Assembly: GCA_028023455.1 (NCBI GenBank)
Contig: JAQFVV010000007.1
Location: forward strand, 9,796,001-9,860,000
DNA length: 64,000 bases
Source of the DNA: Epiperipatus broadwayi
Taxonomy: Eukaryota > Animalia > Onychophora
Direction of reading: 5' to 3'
The notes below the pieces were generated by a model. That model did not search any database. It worked only from the letters and a program-made list of their open reading frames with translations, and was not told the DNA's origin. The position numbers and the translations under genes are program-made. Of this stretch, positions 48,589-61,326 are shown one piece after another. The number at the start of each line of letters is the position of its first letter. Positions within the stretch are counted from its first letter, which is position 1.

Positions 48589-51500
48589 TGTGCGGATATA
48601 TACAATCATATGTCAAAAACATTTCAAAACAGAGCAACTAAAACAAAATTGTTGTTGTATTCTGACTTGACTGAACCGCCGACCAAAAAAAAAAAAAAGA
48701 AGGAAGAGGAGTATTGTAAACAGTATTAACACGTTAACCCTAAAAGTTAACAGTCCCTAAAAGTTAACAAAGTTTAAGTAGAGAAAGTTCTTTCCAATCA
48801 GTAAATTTCTTTAATGCTTTACATTATCATAAGTTATGAAACAGGTGTCTTTGGGACGTGTCGGTATAATAATACACCTTTTAATCACTTTCTCCTACTA
48901 TTATTAATGACCTGATTAGAAATAATAAAATTAGATGGTTTGAAGAGTAACATTTTTTAGGTAATTGTAAATAACATAAATTTTTCCAATTTAGTAAAGC
49001 GAATGCTTTTTTTAAAAAAATATATATATAATGCAATTTATTTATTGAGAAATAAATAAGATTAAAAAAAAAATTGATTCATACTTCAAAAATATTATCA
49101 GAGAAAAAAAAGTCAACGTACAGATAACGTTATCTCGGCAGTTTATTTAAAAAACAAAAATTGTTTTTGTTCACAAATAAATCAACAATACGAGCATTTG
49201 TTTATATAGCTGCTAACTAAAAGATTATATCTCAATTAATCAAGTACTTATCTAGCGGCAACTGAAAAATAACTCCCACTTGTTTTTCAGATTTTATTTT
49301 TTAACATTTCAAATAGATTACATTCGAAAGCTAGATTTTAAGAACGATAGCCACACACATACAAAGTTTTAAGGATTTCAGCCAAGGTTGAAATAATTGA
49401 ACTTTTTGATATTTATAAAGATATTTTTAGTATCAAAACATCACATGATCACCATTTCATATGCTCATACAGGCTGTTAATAACAATAGCAAACTCTTCA
49501 TACAATAGTGCCATCACTGATTACAAAGGCTTGCATTTGGTGGCATTACTGTATGGAGTTTGCTATTGATATCTTCAACACCGGAAGCTTAAATATAAAG
49601 CATCATTAATCCTTAATGATTTTATAGGAACTTTATTTTTTAAATTGCTATGGATTAACAAATTTATTTACTGACAGAAGTCTGAATGGAAAATTCTATT
49701 ATATTGTAACGTTCAAAAGGTATCATTATTACCATCTAATGCAATCGAAATAATCATATTTTGATCACTAAATGGGCATCTAACCATTTTTTTTTTTAGC
49801 TAAAATCAAAACATCCCAGATTAATCTGAATTGATCAAATGAGTAATAATGTGCTAATAAAGCAAACAAAAAGAACTACGGTATGATATAATGCAGACTT
49901 CACTACTGGTGGCAGAGGTACCATCCTTCTTTCAGCACTGAGTCCATGGTTTACCTTTATCTTTTAATGAAAAAATAGAGCACACACACAGTAGCTTGAG
50001 ATGAATATGAAATGATATTTTCAAGATATTTATAAAATTTTAAAAAATATTTGACTCTACAATCATTTCAATTGTAAATAAAGTTTCAGAGTACTAAAGC
50101 AGATACCTCCAAAACTATTCAATTTCACAATTTTTCAGTCAAAATGCAAAAGCTGTAATATTTAGAGTGATTCTATCTCTCCCAAAATTTTTATAATAGT
50201 TTAGACTAAATACTCCGAAGATTAAAAAGACATGAACTAGAATGGATATCATAAGAGATATAGCCAACTTATGTGCCCACTTCTTGTAAAATAATCTTGT
50301 AATTAAAAACAAATTTTTATTAATACTTAGAAAAAAATTTAGAATAAATATTTATTTAAACTGAGTAAAAAAAAAACCAACTTATTAAATGGTTAAAAAT
50401 TGATATATGTTCTGCTGCTTTTATTTACAAATTAAATTTAAACATTTAAAATGGTAAAAGTAAATTAGACTGAAGTTGCATTATATTTAAACTCAACTTT
50501 TTTATATATATATTTCGCATATACTAAATATTATTAATCTATAACATTGTATTTCATATAAAAATTGCACAATAATGCAAAAATTGTATGCATATGTGAA
50601 ACTCATGCAATAAAAGCAAATTGGAGCATTACTGCAGCAGATGTAGCAGCTTTATAAAAAAATGATTCAAAGATATAGAAAATATTACAAAATCTATTAA
50701 ATAAAATCCAAAAACTGAGATTAAAAATATTGTAAAAATTCATTTTTCATTTCAAAAACCTGATTTTCCATGGGTAGTAATAACATTTTCCACCACACAG
50801 AAGATTAACTAATTTCAACAATGCCAGCCTTGACCAAATCAATTAAAGCAATATATAAATCAATCATTTGCTCATACTTTCCTTGCATTTTCCTGGCAAC
50901 AAAAAACATGTCTAAACTTTACAATTTTCTAAAGCCACATTGTCTCTGTTTTTAAAAGTGGGAACAATACATCTTTAAGAGTAGCTGTAACTTTATGATT
51001 CCTAAACATTTCCAAAATAATTTTTTCTCTCTTTAAAGAATGACAAGTCAGGTTTATTTGGATGATAAGAATCAAAATCAATTTTATGATTATTATCCAG
51101 AGATAAAAATCTAACAATTTATACACTTCTACTCAACAGGAGTCCATCTTATATCTCATCAGTTTAATGGCGGCCTCTGAATGCAGATCTCCTGCATCAC
51201 CTCTCACCTGATGTGAATATATTTGCACTAAAAAGGGAAAATTTCGAGAGAAAATTACAAAACTATATCTGTGAGTACAATCTTTATTATTCTATGCAAT
51301 TATTTAGCGTGATTTACTACTTCAAAGTAGTTTTGAAACATTAAATCAAATAACATTTATTAATTACGATTAACCGCTAAAATGGACTCTATAATAAAGC
51401 CTATACTAAGGCCTAAACGCTCTAATGGGAAAAAAATATATATATACTAACTTAAAAACCTCTGATGACCTCCAAAGTTTAGATTACAACAATAAACCCT

Positions 51501-52466
51501 CCAAAGAACCTAAGAATAAATCTATAACGGTAGAAAGCATTTCAAATAATCAAAATCAATTTCTTTCTTCTTCGACTACTAACAACCTGATAGTAAAACC
51601 TATGCTAAAATCGAAACACTGCCACATGAAAGGGAAAAATAATTCGAAATTATCTAGTGATTTCCAAATTGTAAATGCAAAGATTGCAACCCCTAATGAA
51701 CCTAAAAATAGCGCGGAAAATGTTCTAAACGATCATACCGTTAAAAAAAGTATAATTCCTCTCATAAACTCGTGAAACAACGGGAAAACTTTGCAACAGG
51801 GGAAAAATGATGATTCCCCAATTATAGCCTCAAACAAAAAAATGAATCACTTAGAGAATACCAAAACTTTACAAACATCATCAAAATCAAAATTCTTTGC
51901 CATCGAGAAAGAAATATGTGATCCTGAATATGAATTGGAAATCGCGCTGCCTGATGTATGGGAAAAAAATATTAAAAAAAGCCAGAAGCCCAATGTAAGT
52001 TTAAATGACATGCACTTTCCCATCGCTAAAACTAATCTATCTCCACTAAATAATCCAGAACTGGGAAAACAAATTAACTACAATAATTTATATGATAACA
52101 CAAATCTAAAGGAAAATAAAAATACCAAAACTACAATAATTAAACCAAATCAGAAAGCGACCATAAACCATAATGATATGCACTCTCCCATTCCAAAACA
52201 ATCTTCACTAAGTCACCCAGAGCTTGACGAACACTTTGAAAATAATAATGAATTCAATATCACAGGCCCTGAATACAGGGATTCAATCCAACTATCTCAC
52301 AACTCTAAGCATAATAAAACCACAAGGCCAATGATGAATGAAATGACATATGCAAACAAGGTCAGAGCTAACATAATGATAAATACACATCATCAAACAT
52401 CACAACCTGATAAATACATGGAAGCAATTCGACTTTTACAAGAAATAGAAACAGAATAGTTTACAA

Positions 52467-53340
52467 CAGGGATGCCCAACCCGTAGCTCGCGAGTCACAT
52501 GTGCTCGCATAACTGTTTAATGTGGTTCGAATTGCACTCTTCAAAAAAACTGATAAAATATTTTATGTTCCTTGATGGCACATGCACACACTAAAAAATA
52601 AACATTTTTACAATACAAACAATAACGATATGCAGTGTCAGGTTTCACATTAAATAAAATATATTTTTCCTGTAATTGTAATTTATATGTATGTTACCAA
52701 ATTTTTAATAAATAAAATGTATTTACATTTTTTTTTCTTTTTAACATATTACACCATTTTTTTTTTTTTGCTGTACACGTTTGGTTTGGTGCTATATATA
52801 TATATTGTGTTTAGTGCTCTTGTATATATTGTTGTTTTTATCGAGAAAGATCCTTGTAGACGTTTGGTTTGGTGCTGTATATATATTGTGTTTAGTGCTG
52901 GAAATAGTTTTTATCGAGATAGATCCATGTACACGTATATATTTTGCTGTATATATCAATGTTTAGTGCTGTAAACAGTTGTTTTTATCCGTGTACACGT
53001 ATATATTTTGCTGTATATATATATATTGATGTTTAGTGCTGTAAATAGTTGTTTTTATCGAGATAGATTCGTGTACACATATATATTTTGCTGTATATAT
53101 TGATGTTTTCATCGAGAAAGATCTGTGTACACGTTATTTTGGCCACATTAGAAACGGCGGATTGATACCAATGTGAATAGGCCATCCCCCCCCCCCCACC
53201 TATCTCCCTACATTGCAGGTTTAGTACCCAAGGACCATGTTTATAAATGTAATATGAAAAATGTAATATATAATTGTGGCTCCCCAAATTTTTTTAAATT
53301 CTCAACTGGCTCGCGTCAAGTTAAAGGTTGGGCACCACTG
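52467..53340. mobile_element. 874-bp hAT MITE inserted in L1/Tx1 ORF1
   Basis: TIRs CAGGGATGCCCAACC / GGTTGGGCACCACTG. 8-bp TSD GTTTACAA (52459-52466) / GTCTACAA (53341-53348), one mismatch. Confidence 0.9.
52771..53134. repeat. Minisatellite inside the MITE, about 5-6 units of 55-80 bp
   Basis: Recurring TGTACACGT...GCTGTATATAT...TGTTTAGTGCT...TTTTTATCGAGA(T/A)AGATC. Confidence 0.85.
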
Positions 53341-54805
53341 GTCTACAACAAACTACTCTAATCCTCAAACAACATCTACAGATAATCCTACTTGTGATAT
53401 TCAGAACCATGAAATAATAAATGAACATTTTAACCAAACTATCCCATCGCCACTCCACAAATCTCTACTCAACTATTATAATGAATGTTCTCTCATACTT
53501 TCCACTACAGATAACTGTTTAAATCTGTACACATTCCCTACATCATCACTATATGAACTATGTAAAGCACATGGCTGGTGGAAATCGATCCATAAGATCC
53601 TCTTTCATCCAAATGAAAGATATCTTATCATCCAGTTCACAAACCAACAAGTTAAAGCTGCCTTTAGAAATAGTCATAAACTCCTAAACAACAAATTTCT
53701 TGTCTACATTGACCTCAACCACCCAGTTGTTTTAATAGGGCAAATTCAAAAATGTACCATGGATTTTGAAAAGGCAGTCCTTCAACGCCACTTCAAAGAC
53801 TATGGCACCATTACCAAATTTCCACAGTACACATCAACACCGCACAATTTCAGCTAGTTCTTAAAAAAGGAATTTCATCTCAATTAGTCCCATCTCTAAT
53901 TCAACATGGCGAATCTCCACTCAACATCATCTTTCGTGGCCTTCCACCCCAATGCTTCCATTGCAGGCAGAGAAGCCATCTAAAAAAAGATTGTCAAGAG
54001 AGAAAATGCATAATTTATGGAGAGATTCGGTACAAATTCCACAAATGTGATAGCGATAAAGAAAATCAACATCTAACAAATACATACCCAAGTTTCAAGC
54101 AACAATATATCACTAGCAATACCACGGATCACACTACATCATCATCAAAAATTCCTAATGATAAAACTTCCTTGAAAACAGAACAATTTCAACTCACTCC
54201 TGAACAACTACATACCAATGACAATTGCATATCAACATCAGATACAGCAACAATCAGCCAATCAGACATGGACACGGATGCTGAACAAAGCGACACTACA
54301 ACGGCCATCAACAGAATTCCACATAAAAGAAAACAAAAAAACAAAACAATAGCTCTGAACAATCACAAGAAAGTAGCAATAGCAATGAATTAGACAATCT
54401 TCGAGATGCAACAAAGACCAATATTCCCCGCCAAATAGACCTTATGAAAAAAACGAAGAGACCGTTCTCCAAAAGTCACAAGTTCATATAACCTCACAAA
54501 TGAAACAAAAACAATAGACCAAGATAACAACATACAACAACTGGTTGACCCTTTGTCTCAAAATAAAGCGGCCTCACGTCCACATGAAAATGATAATGAA
54601 TGCTTACTCATAGACTTATCTCCATCATTGTGGCCTATGCCTGAACCTATTCCACCAGACCTCAACTTATCTAAGAACTTAATACAATCTGAACCTTACC
54701 ATCACCCCACCAATTTGATGCTGGAACAGAATATTATGGTCTTGGAAACTGGATCACATTCCAATCAGGCAAACTCTCCTACATGAGAGAGCGGTTTCAC
54801 TATCA

Positions 54806-57800
54806 ATGATGACTTTCAACATAACATCGATTAACGTCCGAGGCATGGAACTCTCTTGGCAGAATCCGAGCATTATCATTCTGGCTTAAGCATAATACAC
54901 CTGATGTTCTTTGCCTCAATGAAACAAAACTTCACACACTATCTAACCAAAACATCATACAGAGAATTCAAAAATTCGGATACTTCCATTATTCCTTTTC
55001 CCCCTCTGCATCTGGTGGAGTAGCAATTCTTTTTAATAAAAAATCTAAAATAACCTTTTTCAAAACAATTCATATAGACTCTAACTGCCTCATACCCATT
55101 ATACAGGTAAATGAATGGACACTTAACATAATAAATTTTACATGACCAAAGCATCAGATATAATCTATAGAATCATCCACACTATCAACGCGGTCTTAAG
55201 AACTAACCCTTTTCCTGCATTGATGTTGGATGACTTTAATCAAACATACGATTCTTTTGAAAAGAGTCACTTAAAATCACTGAGCAACACCTTTACAAGT
55301 GGAAGACAACTTTTTGATGTGTCTGCCTTCTCATTCTATTGGTCACAGTTTAAGTCCCTCATTGAACTTTTATACTTCTCTCCTTCACTTGCTCCCTTCA
55401 TTGAAGCTAACCTGTGGCCTGTTGTCTTTACGGACCACATGGCACTAGAGGTCCTTATCAGAATTGTGGATAACACACATTCGTATGGCAACATTCCACG
55501 AACAATGAGGATCCTCATAAAGGAATCTGCCACTATACAACTCATCTCTGAGATTTAATATCATTCAACTCTGCTAATATACACACTTTCACCATGTGAT
55601 AAATGGAATAATTTCATAAATATTCTACAATCACATATTCATAAATGCACTCAACATAATAAAGGTCCCCTTAAATTACTAAGTCAATTGGACAAGATAG
55701 CCGACACACTTAAACATTTGCCCATACAAAGGCAAAATATCCAAGAAATTACCCGCCTTAAACTACAATACAAAGCTACCCAACAATCCCTGGCCAAATA
55801 CCTATCAATTAAACGAGCGCACAGTTACTTAGCATACCAACACTGTTGGACTCGAGGTTACATCAGATGGGCCCTAGGATCCAACCAACAAAACAAGGCA
55901 CCCTCATTGATCAAGATACACAGTAAACAATATATCGGCCTCTCCATGCTTTCCAAAATAAGAGACTTTTACAAAAGAAAATTGCAACCTATTGGTGGCA
56001 CTAACATCCGTAGAGTTTTTGTTACTAACAATCCTATGGAGCATAACATCACAGATGGTGATATTCTTGACAAACTGCAATCACTCCCAGAAAATGTCCA
56101 TTCTGGCATGCATGGAATTCCCAGATTTCTACTTTTACACCTAAGAGCTTTTACTATCCCAGTAATCCATGGAATGATAGATCTCATCGCCACTGGAAGT
56201 CATCACCTAATAAACCTATGTCCCATCTCCATGGTACCCTTTTTAAAGAAGCATGATGCACAACCAGATCTTAATAACCTGCGTCCTATCTCGATGATTC
56301 CTCTATTGACAAAGATCATCGAGAGCATCATTAAAGACAAGATTCAATATAACATAATCAAACAACTTTCGCGCTATCAATTTGCAAAAAAAGGCACTTC
56401 AACATCTGACACTGTCAGCCGGTTCAGACTTCTGGTCGATCAGGTGTGGAGATAAAGGAAATCCCGGCCCATTGCAGTCCAACTTGATATAGCTGGGGCA
56501 TTCGACTCCGTGAGAATTGATGTTCTTCTCAGTGTTCCGGAACAGCTCAATGTACCACCCGTATACATTCAAATGATTGAGAACCTTCTTTACAATCGGG
56601 AAGTGTTCTTATCTCTAGATGGTCGCATTGCCCTGGGTTTTATGCCCTACATCTCCATCCCCCAAAGTTCTCCTCTGAGTGCACTTCTCTTTGCTGCCTA
56701 TCAATCCAATGCTGTTGAACATCGAGGCCATGTTTTCTGGTATCACTGTTCCGCAACTTAATGAGAACATCACTCACATCTCCTATATGGATGATGTAGT
56801 TGTATTTCTTTCATTCCATGATGAACTGGGTAGGCTAAAACAACTTCTTGATCACCATGCCAAATTATCTGGTCTCTTTCTCAACCCAAAAAAATCAGCT
56901 ATTTGGTCAATTCTTACTGGCCAGGAGATTTCTGGTGGATTTGAAGCAGCGCTACAAAAATTTCTGGGATTTCACCTATCAAAAACACCCACGGTGATGC
57001 GTAAAGAGATACAGGATTCATTATTAGAGAAAATTGAAACCACAATCGCATCTTTGTCAAAAATATACCTTTCCCTATTTGGGAAAGTAGTCCTTTTAAA
57101 TGCTCTCATTCTTCCAAAAATAATATCCTATTTGGCAGGGTTCATCCCCACCAAGGTATTCATCAACAAAGTAGAAACTGCCTGTAGAAAACTGTGTTGG
57201 GCGGGCCGATCACCCGTAATTAGCTTGAGAATCCTCCAAAAGCCCAAAACTTTAAATGGTCTCTCACTACACTCACTAACTATATTCAACTTACAACGCA
57301 CCCATAATGTACTCTACAACATCTTCAAGGAAAATGAACATGCTCAATGCCCACTTCCGAAAAAGGACATTCAACCTACTGATCGGCCACCCCCCAGAGG
57401 ACGTGCCTTGCTCTTTCAACAGCAGATCAACTTTATCTTTGATAACATCCAACCAACATCAACCTTATTTCAAAGAAAACTTGCGTATTTGGAAGTGTTC
57501 GATCTTCTTGACCATCAAAAACAGAGGATCCCAGCTGCCTTTCAATCAACATCCCTCAAATGATAAGGATGACCAAGTTCTGGAAGTTGCCGCCAACCTG
57601 CATGCCCTCCCAACAAATGCCTTCCTCCACTATAAAAGGGGGCAAGATATTGACCCTAATTGCACATTGTGTCAAAGACAGGAAGAGACTATCGATCACT
57701 TCCTCTTCGAATGCACAACTTTGAATAATTTAAGAATTCATTTCCAACAAAACATGACAAGAAATCAAATCGAAATGAATCTCAAGACAGCAATTGAAAA

Positions 57801-58005
57801 GGGCATATTCTCTGAGATCCGGCTTTCGGCCATAATTAACTTTTCCATCTGGGCATTGCGCTGTAAGCTGGTGTTCCAGGCTGAGACCTTGAATAATATA
57901 TTCACAGCGTTTTGCCAAATACTAAACAAGGAAAGAGATAGAGATATGCGCACTGCTGACCCCTTCACAGCTGCACAAACCTGGAACTCCATTGCAATTG
58001 GATAG
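54806..58005 (+). pseudogene. ORF2 (APE endonuclease - RT - zinc finger) of the L1/Tx1 element
   Basis: MMTFNITSINVRGM, CLNET, GGVAIL, FTDHMA (APE). NLRPISMI, AVQLDIAGAFDSV, PQSSPLS, SYMDD at 56781-56795, FLGF (RT). CTLCQRQEETIDHFLFEC (C-terminal finger). Multiple frameshifts. Confidence 0.9.
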
Positions 58006-61000
58006 AGCTCCCCGCAACTTTGCTGTTTATTGGGTGGCTGTTGTTTTTCATCATTTCATAAAACTGAAACATGGGTTTTAATACTACCTACTAACAGCAT
58101 CTCATTTTAATCTTCCCTGCTATGAACTTTAGACAAATTAGGTTTCTATAATCTATTTTTGGAACAACAAACAAGTCACAAATGTTTCCTGTGCAAACAT
58201 TAACTCAAATATATCCCTTTTTTTTTTTTGCATACTATTTCATAATCATTTACTTGTTTTGTACTTTTTGGTCTGTATTTCTTTGGTCTAAATGCACAAT
58301 AAATTTGGTTTTTGAAAGATCTTATATCTCATGATCAAAATAATGTACATGTTCCTTCTTGCACAAATAAAAAACTTCAATGGTGATTATAAATCACTTT
58401 GGAGTTTACCAAAATTTGTAGATAAATAATGTATATACTTTTTAAAATTGATTTTGTATTTAAAAAACTGGTTTTCTTGTAATCAAATCAACCTTGATAA
58501 ATGAGGATCCTTTATCAAATGAAATAATTACTTTTATCTGCTCTGTTTTAATCAATAGATAATAATATTGTTTGTTTGTTTTTTAAAGATAAACTAAATG
58601 TATAAATAAAATTTTAAAAAATGTTTTCCTTTTTCATATACTTTATTTATAATTGGAAAAATAAATAGACTGCTCTTCTGTACATACATTAGCTTTTTCA
58701 AAAAAATCTATTTCTGAACTGGACAGTTATATATACTGTAATAATTTTATATATAGTATTTGCTACTTTTTTCTTTATTTTATTTAATGGTGAAGCCATA
58801 TTAAGGAAAATAGCTTCATATATAATTGTGTGTATGCTGTAAATTGTTGAAAATAACTCCAATTCACTTAATTGCATATTTGTAGGTGCTATTAATAGAA
58901 TTAGTTTTTCAACATTTTGTTGGTGAAGTAAAGATTTAATCAGTTTAATTTGTTAGTTGTAGCTGAGAACGCTTTTGGCCTTAAGCGGGATTCATAACAC
59001 AACTAGGTTTTGGAAACATGGTATTTATATGTAAATGCTAATTTATTAAAATTAATGATTTACATACTCCACTTTTTGAAGAGTTGTATACTATTATCTT
59101 TTTTTATTATTAATGGCATGGTTATTGTTAGTATTAAATCAAGCTTCTTTCACTTTGCATTTCTTTCATGGAAGACCATTTTTACATTTATTGGGTCAAA
59201 AATGTGGCAGATGGTTAGTTGTTCATGCTTCAAAAAACAATTTATATTCTGGATTATTTTTGATATGCCTATACAAGTATTTGTATTGGAAAATCCTGGT
59301 GACTATACCTGTCCTAATTATGTTCAATATAAAAATGTTTTTGTTCTTCAGTATGTTTAATTGTTCAGGGGTTTCAAATGGCTATGCTTTTTATTTAGTT
59401 TTAAAAAACATTTAATATTTATGAGGTAAAAATATTTTAAATCTAATTTTAAATTCTGAAAATTTAATAATGTGGAAATACCTTAAACAAATTTCTCAGA
59501 TGATAGCAAAACTTATATTAAATTTTTTTTTTTCTATATTTTTATACTCTAACATATCAACTTTATATTTGATTCTTTCATATTTTTTCTTAGTAAAAAC
59601 AAAAACAAAAGATTACAAAATTTGAATGTAATTACTATTATATAGTCTTTTATATTAATTTACAATCACATAAAACTCTAAAGATTAAAGCTGCAATCAG
59701 TTATTAGAAGAATCTTTACAACTAATTCATGAAAACAAATCGATATAAAGAGTAATAAGAATGGATAAAATAAAAATAAGCCCATTGTATATATGTATTT
59801 AATCTTTTACTGTTCTTCCATATTGAATATGTGCTTACAGATGTATATGATATTCAATAGAAATTACAACAATAAATACTAAAAAAAAAAAAATATGTGG
59901 TGCAAAATTTTTGCAACGGTGAAGTCTAAAACAGCTTTTACATTTTCATATTTTTTGATATAATTAAACTCTGCACTTATATAAAAATTATTTGACAAAC
60001 ATTAGTATACTTTTGATTAATGCTGGGTCAACATGTCACAGAAATATAATAAAAACTTAGAGAGTCCAATGGTTGTTGGGACGGCTTTACGGGACGATGA
60101 AATGGTAATTAAAAAAAATAAGTAAATGGGCTAAAAATTTTGTAATAATAAATATTTTTACAAAATAATGAATTTAAATAACACTATATATTTTAAATGA
60201 AACCTTATTTCCCCAAGTTGTTCCCCAATCCCCTCAATTAGTTTTTCTTCAGCTTCTCTTTTGTATCTAATTTCTTTCGAATAAATTTTAGTACTTTGGC
60301 AAACTTCCAAGCAATTACCAATGAAATACTATTTATTAATTTATGATTTTTCAAATCTAGAACCTCTATTTTAATTTTCAAATTGTCATCATGCTGATTT
60401 TTAACATGCATTATTGACTTTTTCATTTCCAGTAGACAATTTTGTCCTAATTTTTCTGTTGAATACAGAAATTATAATATATAAAATATATTTCCAATAA
60501 TTTTTCATACACTTCATCTTTTAAAATTTCATTTATATATTTGTCAGACTTAATGTCCCATAAACAAGTAAAACATTAATATATTTCGATTAATTCTTTG
60601 TAAAGATGATATTTTGCATTTGAATAATTCATTTTTCACTTTTACTAAATTCAACCAAAAAATTTTTCCGTGATGTGAACATTACAAAAGCTTTTTTCAA
60701 ATGCTAAAGAAACTGGCAAATTATTTTAAAAAGCTTTTAAACTTTCAAATTATCGTTAAAATATCTGCAAAATTTTCAACATTCTCATCAAACCATAAAA
60801 AAATTTGAAAGCTTTCAAATTACTGTACAGCAGCCATTTACACTTTAAAGTTTCTTCAAATGACTGTAAGCTTATAAGCTTTCAAATAATTATATCAAAT
60901 AATTTGAAAAAAATTGAAAGTGTAAAGCGGTTTTAAGAGGGCTTTTTCAATTCAGATTAAAATTTTTAATAATGATTTTTCAAATGACAGCTTTCAAAAC

Positions 61001-61326
61001 TATGCACATTTTCTTATATGGAGATGAGACATCTTTATATTATTTATCTGTGATTTAAGTGTAATAATTTGCTTCAGAAATGAATTAAAAAAAAGGTACT
61101 TTTTTAGTAATTTATTAATAGTTGGTCTCACTAGCCAACTACCATATTTTACGATTCCACATGTGATCTCTTCCTTTCCACAAAATTTTCTTAAAATGCT
61201 AATTGAAAGCAGATAATTATTTTTATTTTTTGATTAAATTTCACGTGATTTAAGTGCTTAATTAGCTTCTTTTTTTTTTCATTATTTCTTCAAGTAATTT
61301 TTTTAAATATTATTTTGTATCCTAAA

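Larger units (their letters stand above)
51382..54786 (+). pseudogene. ORF1 (gag-like) of the L1/Tx1 element, interrupted by a hAT MITE
   Basis: Low-complexity N-terminus, a segment (LQRHFKDYGTI) typical of RRM-like ORF1 regions, and the zinc knuckle CFHCRQRSHLKKDC (C-x2-C-x4-H-x4-C) at 53953-53994. Several stops and frameshifts. Confidence 0.7.
51165..58355 (+). mobile_element. L1/Tx1-type non-LTR retrotransposon, near full length, decayed; boundaries approximate
   Basis: ORF1 has a CCHC knuckle. ORF2 has APE, RT and a C-terminal Cys/His finger. A T-rich 3' UTR carries AATAAA at 58298 and about 58347. No clear poly(A) or TSD seen. Confidence 0.85.

Noticed and set aside
48725-49150. piggyBac-like start TTAACACGTT
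   Set aside because: No matching inverted terminus with TTAA was found; the nearest candidate (GGCAGTTTATTTAA) is too degenerate.
52771-53134. CRISPR-like repeat-spacer array
   Set aside because: The units are tandem repeats without unique spacers, lie in a eukaryotic MITE, and no cas genes are present.
60680-61000. Cluster of AGCTTTCAAA-like motifs upstream of the hAT relic
   Set aside because: The spacing is irregular and no termini were found; it may be the subterminal region of an eroded element but cannot be called.
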